Below, piece by piece: positions 1-11,844 of a stretch of 64,000 nt of DNA; the first letter of the stretch is position 1; the number at the start of each line of letters is the position of its first letter. Source of the DNA: Squalus acanthias (taxonomy: Eukaryota); contig CM059429.1 of the NCBI GenBank assembly GCA_030390025.1, forward strand, positions 39,990,001 through 40,054,000. The letters are read 5' to 3'. The notes under the pieces were generated by a model. That model saw only the letters and a list, made by a program, of their open reading frames with translations. It did not search any database and was not told the DNA's origin. A program made the translations under genes and the position numbers.

Positions 1-758
1 TTTGAAGACTTAAAATTTCTCAACGGGAGCCAGTCAGTGCAGATTAGACAGAAGATGAAGTATTCTTTTGCTGGAGGCTTCAGTGAATTGTCGTGACTTT
101 TACCAGAATACAGCATTGATAAGTATTATCTAAGTTTGTCATAAAGTTTGAATAAATCATGTTTTCATTGATTGGGTTAATTTGAGAATACTTAACGGAA
201 ATTGCACACCTAATTTGTATAGGGCATAAATATGGCACTGGGAAAGTGTCCTTGACAGAATAATGGGGATTCTGCCATGGGAATAGTTTAATTTTTCTGG
301 TTAGTAGCATGGATGTTCACCATCACAAAGACAGGTAACAGGCCTCAACTTAGTGCTCACCGGAGCTCCAGTGCATCCAACAATGCATTACCATTTTAAC
401 TCCTCAATGGGATGTTAGCATTAGGCAAGAGTTGAAATGCTCCAGATTGAGGTTTTTTTCTGGTTCAGAGGTAAGAAAATAAGAAAGCACAGAATAACTA
501 AACTTCATTCAGCCCAACAAACTTGTTCAATTTTTTTTAAATCTATGTACAACCTTCACCATCATGTACTATTCCCTTGTTTATTTACCCCTGAAGTAGG
601 TGAACAGCCAATGTAAATTTCAATGAAGATAAACCTCTATGATTATTTTTACCCTGATGTTCAAAACTAATTGAGCAAAAACTATATATAACAGGGTTTT
701 TCAGTCAACATAAGAATAACCGTTGACAAACCAAGTCAACAAAATCTTAAAATACATA

Positions 759-936
759 GGGGGTGAATTTCCATTGGGATTTTCCCACTCATCTGCTATA
801 ACTTCAGCAGAAGAGCCACACAAACCCCCAGAAAAATGGCTTAATTGTCATTTATGCCGTTTTGTCATAGTTTCCGCAGCTCTTCCACCGAAGTTACAGC
901 AGATGAGCAGCAGCGCCCCCGCAGAAACTCACCCCC
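759..936. mobile_element. Palindromic Harbinger-type MITE (178 bp)
   Basis: Termini GGGGGTGAATTTC / GAAACTCACCCCC; ATA TSD at 756-758 and 937-939; internal inverted arms CTCATCTGCTATAACTTC / GAAGTTACAGCAGATGAG. Confidence 0.85.
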
Positions 937-1071
937 ATATTTCCAGAAAAATTAATAATGGGTTCACATTTATATGAAGATGCCACTATTAATTCTTTTC
1001 AAAATGATGTTTAGTCATAAGTTGTTTGATTTTTCAGAGTTTTATGGCAAGATTTTATGACAAACATAAAT

Positions 1072-1810
1072 CACCTGGGCTAGGGAAGGAGGAAATAAAT
1101 CAACCAGCATTCCTGCTCCTGATTGTTATGGAGTGAGTCCCTCTCTAAAATGTGCTTAAGTGGATCTTGGGCAAGCACTGGATCAGGCTTAGGCACAAAG
1201 TCCTCCATGGTAAAATAACCTGCCAACACTCACTGGCTCGCACATAAAGAAAGACTTGCATTTATATAGCGCCTTTCACGACCACTGGACATCCCAAAGC
1301 GCTTTACAGCCAATGAAGTCGTTTTTGAAGTGTAGTCACTGTTGCAATGTAGGAAACGTGGCAGCCAATCTGCGCACAGCAAGCTCCCACAAACAGCAAT
1401 GTGATAATAACCAGATGATCAGTTTTAGATGTTGATTGAGGGATAAATATTGGCTAGAACACTGGGGATAACTGCCTTGCTCATCTTCGAAATAGTGCCA
1501 TAGGATCTTTTATGTCCACCTGAGAGAGCAAACGGGGCCTCAGTTTAACGTCTCATCCGAAAGACAGCACCTCTGACAGTGCAGCACTCCCTCAGTACTG
1601 CACTGGAGTGCCAACCTAGACTTTTTTTGTGCTCAAGTCTCGGAAGTGGAACTTGAACCCACAACCTTCTGACTCAGAAGTGAGTGCTATCAACTGTGCC
1701 ACAGCTGACACATGAAGAATCGCCACTTGGACAAGGTACTGGAGGACTTCCAGCGTCAGTGAAATCAGCAGCAGTTAGTGACTTCAGGAAGAGATAGAAA
1801 GATGGGGATG
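1072..1810 (+). mobile_element. Old SINE-like repeat (AmnSINE2-like, name tentative) split by a Deu-SINE insertion
   Basis: 1072-1246 (...cctgccaacactcactggctcgcaca) continues at 1709 (catgaagaatcgccacttggacaagg...). It aligns by eye with a second copy at 47900-48232 (...gccagccaatattcactgtccagttcacaaatgaataatggccacttgggcaag). Confidence 0.55.
1247..1708 (-). mobile_element. Deu-domain tRNA-derived SINE (SacSINE1/AmnSINE1-related)
   Basis: Minus-strand tRNA-like head (TGGCACAGTTG...GGTTCAAGTTCC), Deu core (GGAGTGCTGCACTGTCAGAGGTGCTGTCTTTCGGATGAGACGTTAAAC) and L2-type tail (GGCGCTATATAAATGCAAGTC); approximate TSD CACAT(A/G)AAGAA; two more copies in the window. Confidence 0.85.
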
Positions 1811-1907
1811 GGGGCCGGGGAACAGTCTCAAATAGCAATAAGTATATTCCAAAATATATTTTTTTAAAGGAAATTAAAAGCCACAAATTGCAAAAGCTAA
1901 AATGAAT

Positions 1908-2021
1908 TTTTGTCTTTTTCACAACAGGCAAGGCACGAAAAATATATTTTCTATTCTTGACATGGCTTCCATCACAGATAGAAGGCATTAATTGAATAGT
2001 CCAACACCGGCATCTCCGCAT
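1908..2021 (-). pseudogene. CDGSH iron-sulfur (NEET/CISD-like) motif segment; putative last exon of a CISD2-like relic
   Basis: Translates to RCRCWTIQLMPSICDGSHVKNRKYIFRALPVVKKTK versus CISD2 YCRCWRSKTFPACDGSHNK...GPLILKKK. All four ligands (3 Cys + His) are present, with one extra residue before CDGSH. Confidence 0.55.
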
Positions 2022-2855
2022 AATGAAAATGTAAACAGCAGTAGTTTCACTTCATCACATGTTGCCTTCTCTCGAGAGCGACCACATAACCTTGCAATTT
2101 TCGCTCACTATAGCAGTATCTTTCTCTGCGTTCCTTTCACCTCAATAATTTAATTGTACATAATAATATTTTAATTTTAATATTAAACACTTGTGTTTAT
2201 ACTGGTAGATAAAAGTTAATTTAATCATTCAATAACCTGTGTATATATATCCTTCTACCATCATAATATAATGCTATGTTTCATTCCTATACTGATCAGT
2301 GATTGATCTTTATGTAAATAACATCTATAACATTATTGACTGTTTGTTTACTTATTAACAATAATGGGTATCACTAGTGGAAGTAACTTTAAGTAAAGTG
2401 TAAAGTAAGTACTAAACTCTAGTGTTTCACCAGCTTCCAGGCAACAATCTACTTCTGGTTTCTAACTTTAGTCTGAGGCTCTTGAAGTCAGAGATGCGAG
2501 TCATGTCTGCTGACTGACAGAGATAAATAAATAAAACAAACTTTATATTATTGTAATTAAAAGGAAACAGAGATGGATTTGAAAAGTTAGGAAAATTTTA
2601 GGAATTGCTTTAGAATTTAAAAAAATGGTGGGGCCATGCAGCTTGAAATAATTAAGACTCAATAAATAATATTTTGAAATACTAAGCTGAAGTACTCACA
2701 CACATGCAATACAGACACGTCACGTTTTCGGGCGCAGAATTGACGGGGTGCTGAGAGTGCAAGGCTCACCCCAAATTGTGTTTTGGACCTCATCAGCATA
2801 TTTGCTGGGAGCTTCAAACACCAACTGGGCATCTAGTGGCTGGTTTAGAATCATA

Positions 2856-3616
2856 GGGGGAAAGATTCGGTTGCTTTGCACCTCCCGTTAGCACCATAAG
2901 AGGGCGCTAATGGGGCGCAAAGCAACTAGCGCCCGGGCGCGGCACCGCCAACGCATCCCGCGAAATTCAGCGAGAGGTTAGCGGCGGCGGTAACCGTTAG
3001 CGCCCCGTGGAGCTGCACCGCCGGCGATGACATCATCGCCGTGTGCAGTGCCCCGACCGCGATCTTCGGTAGCGCCCCCTGACTTACCGCCGGACGCTAT
3101 GTCCAACGGGGTCGGGGGGTCTACCTGCGGCCGGGGTGGCGCTAATTAAAGGGGAGGTGCCGGGTGGCCATTTTTGTTGCTGGCCGCCTGCCAGCACCTG
3201 CCCCCGTTGCCGTCCCCGGCCTCTTCTTCAGCACCCCCCCGCGGAGTGCCGGCTGCGCTCCGTGAGCCCGGCACTTCTCTTGAATGCCGGGCTCTTTTGC
3301 CGGCACTCCGATCCCTGGTGACCCAGCTGGGCCCTGGGTCGCGCTGCGCAAGGCCCCTCCCCTTTAAGAAGGGGAGGAAGGCCTGCAGTACCGTGGCGCG
3401 ACGTGCCGCAGCGCATGGCGCTGCAGCACATAGCACCACGATATTCCCTCGCAGCACCCCAAGAGGGAGGTGGGGCGCTTCCAGTAGCACCCCACTTCCA
3501 TCTTGGGGCGCTACTGATGAATTTTGGCCGCGGGGGCGCTAATTTTTTCGGGGCGCTAAAAGTAGTGCCCCGCCGAAGTTAGCGCCCCAAAGGGGGCGCG
3601 ACTCAATTTTTCCCCC
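2856..3616 (+). mobile_element. GC-rich Harbinger-type MITE, family A
   Basis: Termini GGGGGAAAGATT / AATTTTTCCCCC; ATA TSD at 2853-2855 and 3617-3619; many TAGCGCCCC/GGGGCGCTA subterminal motifs; homologous to the inverted copy at 28819-29494; inserted in the 3' tail of a CR1. Confidence 0.9.
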
Positions 3617-4030
3617 ATAGAATTTTACAGCACAGAGGAAGACCATTCAGTCCATCATACCTGTGCCAGCTCTCTGAAGGAGCTATTCACTTAGACCCAT
3701 TTTCCTGTCCTTTTTCCATACCCTTTTACCTTTTTGTTTTCAAATATTTATCCACTTCTCTTTTAAACCTTATTATGGATTCTGCTTACACCGCAGTTTC
3801 TGATATGGCCTTCCATGTCCTAGCAACTGTCTGCATCAAAAAATTCTCCTAACCTTGCCTTTCATCCATTTGGGGATGATATGTTTATATCCTCGACTTA
3901 CCAACTTGCCAGCAGTGAAAATAATTTTCCTTCTACTTACTTTATCAAAACCTCTGATAACTTTGAATATCAGTGTTAGATCTCCTCTTAACCTTCTTTG
4001 TTCTAATGGAAAGAGCCAAAAGTAGACCAA
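3617..4030 (-). mobile_element. CR1 (HER1-like) LINE 3' fragment
   Basis: ORF 3836..4030 (LFPLEQRRLRGDL..FKVIRGFDKV) matches the CR1 ORF2 C-terminus; the 3' UTR tail continues at 2845-2855 beyond the MITE. Confidence 0.85.
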
Positions 4031-4930
4031 TTAGGTTGGCTGCCTCGCCAGCAGTTGTCCTCAGTTAGGTCGTGTGAGGAGGCGGAAGAGAACAGGAGGG
4101 GGAGGTGATAGTGGACCAGCGGCCCTCAGGACTGCTGTGGAGTCAGGAGAAGCACTCCTGCTCTTCCTGGCTTGACATGAAGGTAAAAAATTTTTAAAAA
4201 GATCTTTTTGTTGGCGGTCGCTGGTTAGGCCGCAGCAATCGCTGGAAAATTAAGCAGTCATGCCCAGTGCATGCTCTGCTCAGTGCTGACCAATTTTAAA
4301 GAGGGTTCCTTAAGCAGACATTAGGCCACTCATTAGCATATGCAAGGCGCCTCACACCTGGTCAAGGTGGCTGCCTGGGATGCCTGAATATTGTCTGAGC
4401 CCTCTAAATGAGTGATGCTCTATTCATCCCACTGAGCCCCTTGTCCTTTCTTCCTGCAGGATTTGTTGGGGTTAATTTTCCTCTTTTTGTTTCTTTATTT
4501 AATTTTTAATTTGTTTGTTCATCGACTGAGGGTTACATTAGCTTGCTGATCTTAGATAGGTCCAGCATTATTCTTTAAAGGTGTTCCGTTCAGTAAATTC
4601 AATACTTTTTCCAGACATCTTGTAGCCCAAATCACATTAATAATTAACAACAGTGGTGTTTCTAATCTCTAAAACAAAATCTTAATTTTGTAACCTCAAC
4701 AGCTTCAGTCTGTTGCAGAGAAACACAAAAGCTTGAAAAACTTTAATGGAATGTGAACTGTTCTAACTGGGGTGTAATTCTATAAGATCAACAAATTACT
4801 TGTGTAGTCGACTGTTAAGCCCAATAATGTAAATACTGACTGCATCTTTATAAAGCTAAGTCTTGGTAACTGATTAACTGGTTTGCCACAAAAAAAACTT
4901 CTGAAGAATTCACAATGCACTATTTCTTAC

Positions 4931-5037
4931 CTACTTGTAATGGAAGAGTCAATATGTAAATCATTTATGGCTGCATTTATAAAACTGAATTGATTCAGAG
5001 AATGGTTCTGATTTGTCAATTTCTGGTGCTGTTGAAG
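4931..5037 (-). pseudogene. Candidate middle exon of the CISD2-like relic
   Basis: CAG acceptor, strong AG|GTAAGA donor, 107 nt open in phase 0 to phase 2: LQQHQKLTNQNHSLNQFSFINAAINDLHIDSSITS. Only weak similarity to CISD2 VNEINIEDLCL. Confidence 0.35.
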
Positions 5038-5165
5038 CTGCACTGTTTATATTGTGGAATGGTTTCTAAAGTACCAATTAAAACATTTAACAACCTTACA
5101 TGCAGAAGTTTGCAATATGCACAATTCTAAAGTAGCAAATACCAACTTTACCAAAGACAAAATAC

Positions 5166-5420
5166 CTTCTCCAGTAACTGCTGTGGCAGGTCTATGGTCA
5201 GTGGGAGTTGGCTGTACTGGATGTGTGCGAGTGAGTGCTTCAGCTGTGTGGCCTATCTTGGCAAAAATAATCTGGCTGCCGCCACGCCTAACAGTAATAA
5301 TGTTGCCATCAGAAGTGCAGACCAATACCACCACCTCTTTTCATGATGCAGGCCCCTCCAGCAGCACTGGCTCTTCTATATCTTTGGGGCTTCCGCTGGC
5401 AAATGAGATGTTAATTGCAT
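5166..5420 (-). pseudogene. Candidate first exon of the CISD2-like relic (membrane anchor) with two in-frame TAG stops
   Basis: ATG at 5420 and AAG|GTATTT donor; 85 codons MQLTSHLPAEAPKI*KSQCCWRGLHHEKRWWYWSALLMATLLLLGVAAARLFLPR*ATQLKHSLAHIQYSQLPLTIDLPQQLLEK. LLLLGVAAARLFLPR*ATQLKHSL resembles CISD2 LALLGYLAVRPFLPKKKQQKDSL. Stops at 5376-5378 and 5253-5255. Confidence 0.45.
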
Positions 5421-8400
5421 TGCTATTTATGGTTTGAAATTGTAAAAAGAACAGGTGACTTGCTTCATTTAATACACCAGGCAAGCTGCATAAATTAGAT
5501 TGTAAATATGTAATTTGATCAATTTACCACTAATTTTCAATTAAAGTGGTATAAACACAATACTGTTTTGGAATTTCCTTTTCAATTCAGCTAAGACAAG
5601 AATTCACTTATGTGCCTTACTGTTTGTTATTTGGCACAGGTTCAAGTTGAACAATACTACTGAAGAATGTAACACTATTCATATTTTTCCTATTAATTAA
5701 GACCCTTATGACCAAGAGCACATGACAAAGGACAGCAAACAGAGATCTTGAAGGTCAACTTGAGTAATAGAATGTATACATCTCAATGAAGATCACCAGC
5801 TCTAAAGAGGTCAGTAAATGCTTACTTGCAATATAGGTTAAAGCTATTAAAATGGACACTTCCCATAAATTTTACAGAGTATCTTCTTTTATGCCCTACA
5901 AAAATATTTTACAAGATGTTTAAACTAATAAAATAAACAGTAAGTCATTTTTATAGCTTTTAAGAACTAATAGAGCAAATTGTAAATTCAAAAGCTTTTT
6001 CATTAACATAATTTTAAATTATAAATGCAGCAAAGCCTAAATGTAGTGAGGTGCCTACTTGCCAAATATTTAAAAGGAGGTTTAAAATATATGCTGATTG
6101 CCAAACAAATGCAAAGAGGCTTGTGAAATATTCCAGTTGAACAAGTTTTCAATAGGTATGAATAGCAGCCAAGACAGACTCAGAAAAATAATGCACTCAC
6201 CAAACATCAATCTGCTTACAGCTCAGCATTGTCAGAACTGTCTGACTTACTTGGCTGAGACCAAATACATTATTTCCTTAACTTTTTTCAAAGTTTAAAG
6301 GCTGTGTTTTAAATTCAAAAAATTGCAAAGGCCGCTTAATGGAGTGAGAGAAACAATGTAGCAACCACAAATAATAATAACCATGAGTAATAGTAGCCAA
6401 AAGTAGTCACTGACGGTGGATTGAGGTTTCTTATTGCTAAAGCTAGCCTTAACTTTATGGGGGGCCCAGAGAGGTTAGACATAGGAGCCTCTGCCCAAAG
6501 CTTCTAAAGATCAACTGCTATTAACCATTAATAACCACCATTTTTAAATATATTTAAATAATTTCTAAACGTTGTTATTATATTCAAATTGATTGGCAAC
6601 CGTAAATATTAGTTAACATTAATATCAGTTTACACGTATTCCTAGACTCTTGTTATTCTTCATTACTTAATAGTCTAGAATGCACAGTAGCCCCAATTTT
6701 ATGAAGCCAGCAAAATCCCCATGACCAACTATGTTTGGGAGCCTGTGACAGTAGCCAGGATGGCTGGCTTCATTGAATATTGCGTCTCTTCATTTCGCTG
6801 GGTTTCTGCACATGAAAGATGGGGTGAGGAGTCTGGCTAGCAGTGTGATTGGTAATAGCTCTTAAAGGGCTGCTGTTTGCCATTAAAGAGAAAGGGAGTA
6901 TTTGTTATGCTTAAGTTTTACTTCTATTTGGGAAAGCTTCTACGTTTACTATGATGCCTTGAGGATCCTGCTGTAGGATAAACAACAAAGGAGGATGGCC
7001 CTCTTAAGAACAGAAGGCCATCCTCCTGTCAAAGCAGAGGTCAAAAATGTTGGGATGGCGATAGCGGACAAAGTGAATCCAGTCCCCAGTTCTATATAAA
7101 CTGGGAACCAATGAGGAAGTAGTTTTGTGATATCAGGAGCACTACTTTGCAAACACTATCTTACTATTGGGGCATATTTCTGTATGGCCCATACCAAAAT
7201 TGTGATTGGATGCTTACTGGCGGGGGGCCTCTCAGTGTGAAGGGGTTGTCCACATTTGAAGAGATGGCTAGAGTCCGTTCAAGGTGGTGGGGAGGGAGAG
7301 TTTGCAGGCATGCTGGAGAAAATTCTGTTTCTTTCAGTTACATTGGCTTTATGCTTAATTTTAACATGGAATACACTATAAATACTTATCAGATAACATC
7401 ACTATTATAGGGGGTAATTTAAACTTTTGCTGATCATGTAAAATGAGCAATATAGGATCGGCTGCCCATAATTCAATTTTATTCAATAATCAATTGCGAG
7501 TCCAAACTCACTCTTAAACTGAAAAATATGTGCTGACCCTAGTTATTCCAAACATAATCATCTGCTCTGTCCGCAGTCTCTCACTGCTCAGCATTTTTCT
7601 CCCTCTCACCACTGTTTTGCAGACAAAGTAGGAATAAAGATCATCTTCACAATATTACAGATATTATTAATTTCTTTTTTGACCTATTACCTTATTTTAT
7701 TTAGCATAAGTGTGAAAGCTAATCAACTATCCCTGGAAAGTAGCTAGTGAGCTCAATGAGGCAGGCCACTTTTACCATCTTTCACCCACAGCAAGCCTGC
7801 AAGATAGCCCAGACTCCCTGCTGCATGTCTCCTAGATTTTCCACTGACTCCATATTAACGAGCATGAAGGCCTGAGCCTACCCTGTGCCCAGTGGGCCCA
7901 GTGCAGTTCAATGCAGCTGGCCAGCATGTGAAGGGCTTTGGGAGCCTATGCACAAGGTTCATTAGGATCATCAGAAATATTCAAATTAGGGAACCTCCCG
8001 ATTAATGCAACTTGTGCGCCTAAGCAGTGCTCCAGTCACTGAGCACCTATTTGCAAAGGGTGCTGAAGGTGAATCCGATAAGAAAGGAAAAATTGTTTTT
8101 GCCTGGGTGGCCCTTACCTTTCTCTAAGGCTAATCAGCTTGCCTCTTCTTGTGCACATTGGACTCAAAGGCTTTGTCACTGTTGTGGTCCTTTCCCACCC
8201 CAATGGAAAGAAATAGTGCCAATGCTCCATTGACAGTCAGCAGCCCTTCAGCGGCTGTTGGTACCTGAAATTCTGACCCCTGTGTCCCAGCATTCTGGGA
8301 GTACCAGAACATTTTTTAAATGAGCTGACATATTGGGCAGTGTCATCTTGTGCATAGGTGTGCAGAACATCTGACCATTGCTGGCACTGGGGATGCTGTA

Positions 8401-10405
8401 TAGGGACCACATTATCACCCTATGTTTCTAATATTCTCTCTACCTGCTCATTATCTTCAGGATTTTAGTTTCATACTCCAAAACCCTCCATGTGCTCCGT
8501 TAGTTAATTGGAGATATCCCAGTCTGCTCATGTCTTAGATATTCCTGTCCACTTAATAATATCAAAATCCTTTGCCCCCACCTTATCTCAGAAATGCCCT
8601 TTCCTTTTGTACCTCCGAGATCAATCCTCCGTCTTTCATATCTGAATGCCACTGCTAGCTATCATATCCCTTACTAAGCATGCTTCCAGCTCAAACCCCT
8701 AATCCTCCCTTTAGCAACCTTCAACTTCGCCACACCCACCTTACCCATTCAGTACACCTGCCTTTCTGTCCATTGCCACTGCTGCTCCCTCTCAGCCTTA
8801 CTCTTGCAATGACACAGTGAGCATTGTGTTAGACCAGCTATCTCAGCACAAGTGAAAGGGACCTGAAGTGACTTTGGATGAACAATTGTGGTAGCAGGGG
8901 GAAGCCGAAGAGAATGCCATCATAAAATGCAAAGTTTAAAATATTTCTCAGAAGTAGCTGCTAATTTTTCACACATGTACTACTTTACAGAATAAATTAG
9001 TGAAGTTAGTTATCAGTAGTTGTGCTGCAGATTTTGCGACTCCTAGTCCTATGTACATAACCTTCCAAATGCAACCATCAAAAGATATAGAGAAGTTCTT
9101 CAACAAGTGTGAAAGAATATGTTAAACTGGTAATATTCATATATAAAAGGGTGTTCTCATGGAATTATTACCATCATCCTGAGAACTGCCCTGCAGCTGT
9201 GTTGTAATGTAGTACTGGTAATTGAGAGGGAGTGTCAGGTATGCTGCTGTTTTTTGTTGGCAGATATGTGGTTGGTGTCATCCAGGTATGTACATGAGAG
9301 ATTCATATTACAAACCATTTCTCACAATGCAGGAACATTGCCCATTGGGTGTGTCTTTCATATTTATCTGAAATGTCATGAGACCTGAAGTACTTTTGTA
9401 AGGAGATGCTTTCGGTCAGAATAATTATGGCACATATTTGTCTGTCAGCTCCTGGATATTTTAAATGAAGGAAAGATAGATATAAAAAGTAATGTGCATC
9501 ATCTTTGTTTCACTAAATTTCATGTCATATTTCAGTAAAACCTGTATTAACTACTCTAGTAGATTGTTTTAATCAGACTCTAGACTGTGGGGTAATGGAC
9601 AAATGGGTTTTAATAACACAAAGACATTCCACTCCCCGTGCTCAGCACCATGTTGGTCTGGTTCTAAATCTATGCTGTCTGGTGTCTATAGCCTCTCTAC
9701 ACTTTGTGGCCTCTGAACTACTCTTATATAATGTATTAGTATAGTCTTGTAACCCGATAAACTTGCAATGACAACCACTATGAATAAGGACCACCCAGGA
9801 ATGTCAACTAAAAGTTCTCAGAATTAAATTCCCACTGTTTTGCATTGTGTGAAAACCTGTGAAACGTGACCACAAACATGTGTTTATGGCCCCACCTCCC
9901 ATTTTAGTATCATAAAGAAACTGTTCACAGATATCACCGTGTCTAATGTGATCAGCATGCAGCAGTAAATTTTCTTCCAAAATGGCAGCGGTAATATGAA
10001 TCAAAGGCCGGAATTGTCTGGAGTCCATGCAGGCATGATTAGAGGCGGGTCGGGAGGGAAATTTGAAATACCTTGGAGTGGGTTGGGAACCCGTCATCAT
10101 CCCGCCCCCACACGCTTTTCCCTCTGGCGCGTTTGCCAGCGTGGCAGCAACCCGAATGGCAGAGGCGACCGAGGTAATTGAGATCATTATGAGGTACTTG
10201 TCAGACCCTTAAGCATCTTTTTAACCCTACCTTTCAAATTTGCCTGGATGAGCACGGGAATCATGCAGCTCGGGAACCACGTCTATGAACCTGAGGCGGA
10301 AGTTGAGTGGACATTGATCCACCTCATTAGTGCACAGCATTAAAAGTACAATAAAAAGTCCCACCTGACAGCTGGTCACTTTCCTAAGGCAGATGCTGTT
10401 GCTGA

Positions 10406-11548
10406 GTGCATTGCCAGTGCAACACCACCAACCGTCTCCTCAACCATCTGATGCTGCACAGAGCAGAGGGCATCAGCGCAGGGCTGCACCATGCCGGAGG
10501 CGATAACCCAACACAGGGTATACAGCAGAGGACGAGCTTCCTCAACATGACTGAGCAGCGGTGGCAAAGGAAGCTCAGGCTATCGTGCCAGGTCGTCGCA
10601 GACATTTGCAGATTGCTGGAGCAGGACCTGCAGCCCAGAGGAGCAGGTGGACATGCCTTACCAGTGGCCGTCAAAGTCACCAGCGTCCTCAACTTCTTCA
10701 CCTCAGGCTCCTTCCAGGGATCTGCAGCAGACATTTGCGGCATCTCGCAGTCGACTGCACACAGATGCATCACACAGGTCACTGATGCCATGTTTGACAA
10801 GTCAGCCAATTATATCAACTTTGCCACTGATGAAGCCAACGTGACTCAGTGGGCACTGGCCTTTGCCACTCTGGCTGGCTTCCCACAGATGCAAAACGTC
10901 ATCAACTGCGCACATGTGGCCATCAGGGCACCCCATCATCACCCAGGAGTCTTTGTCAACCGCAAGGGCTTCTACTCCCTCAATGTGCAGCTCGTCTGCA
11001 ACCATAGTAAGAGCATCATGCATGTGTACACCAAATTCCCTGGCAGCTGTCATGACTCTTTCATCCTGTGCCAGTCCACCCTCCCTCAGCTCTTCACTGC
11101 TCCAAACAGACTTTCCGGCTGGCTGCTTGGAGACAAGGGCTATCCACTGAAGATGATGCTCATGACATCCTTGAGGAGGCCAAGTACTGAGGCCGAGGAG
11201 AGATATAATAAAAGTCACATTTCCACCAGATGTGTCATAGAGCAGACAATAGGCATGCTGAAAATGTGCTTCAGATGCCTTGACAGATCTGGAGGAGCCC
11301 TTCAGTACGCACCAGTCAGGGTCTCCAGAATTGTTGCGTGCTACGCCCTGTACAACATAGCGCAGCAGTGAGGATTAGCAGTGCATGAGGAGCAAGGCTC
11401 TGAGTGCACAGCCTCTTTGGAGGAGGAGGAGGATCAGCTGGAAGACAAGGAGGAGGAGGAGGAACCTGTGGTCCAGATCCCACTAACACCCGAGCACATT
11501 GCTGCCCGGGAGGCCAGGGATGTCCTCATCATGGCCAGATATCCTTAA
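10406..11548 (+). pseudogene. Harbinger DDE transposase (HARBI1-family), inactivated
   Basis: Motifs [47 protein letters not shown] and [18 protein letters not shown]. The first catalytic Asp is Asn (VINCAH for IDxTH). After a premature TGA at 11369-11371 the frame continues through an acidic tail to TAA at 11546-11548. Confidence 0.9.
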
Positions 11549-11844
11549 CTTCACGCATGACACCAATATGCTGACACATGCTGCGCCAGGTTCGCACCAC
11601 CCCACACCAACACCATAAAGGATCCCTACAATGACCAAGCCATTCCTTTCACACTGACCACCATTGCTGGAGGTAATGTTATGTCTCACCATTCACTGCA
11701 ACTCACTAAGCCACTTCCAAATTTGCACACAAATTTGTCCATGACCGGAAAGTGGTGAAATAAATATTTTTATCTGTGACATCACAGTAACAGAAACTTT
11801 ACAGAAACATTTATTAAAACACCCAAGTGGCTACCCTTGTGAAT

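Noticed and set aside
3136-3542. Overlapping ORFs in GC-rich MITEs (also 28793-29321 and 36207-37195)
   Set aside because: Open frames arise from GC richness inside non-autonomous elements; there is no domain similarity and frames are not conserved between copies.
5166-5420. TNF-ligand-type type II membrane protein exon 1
   Set aside because: The topology fits, but I saw no TNF homology domain exon downstream; the CISD2 resemblance plus the nearby CDGSH motif is more specific.
5047-5437. Listed ORFs 5047..5334 (-) and 5054..5437 (+) as genes
   Set aside because: No recognisable product; the stop-containing third minus frame explains the region better.
10406-11371. Domesticated host gene HARBI1
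   Set aside because: It lies within TIRs and a TSD beside a Myb gene, with a premature stop and a mutated catalytic Asp, so it is a transposon copy.
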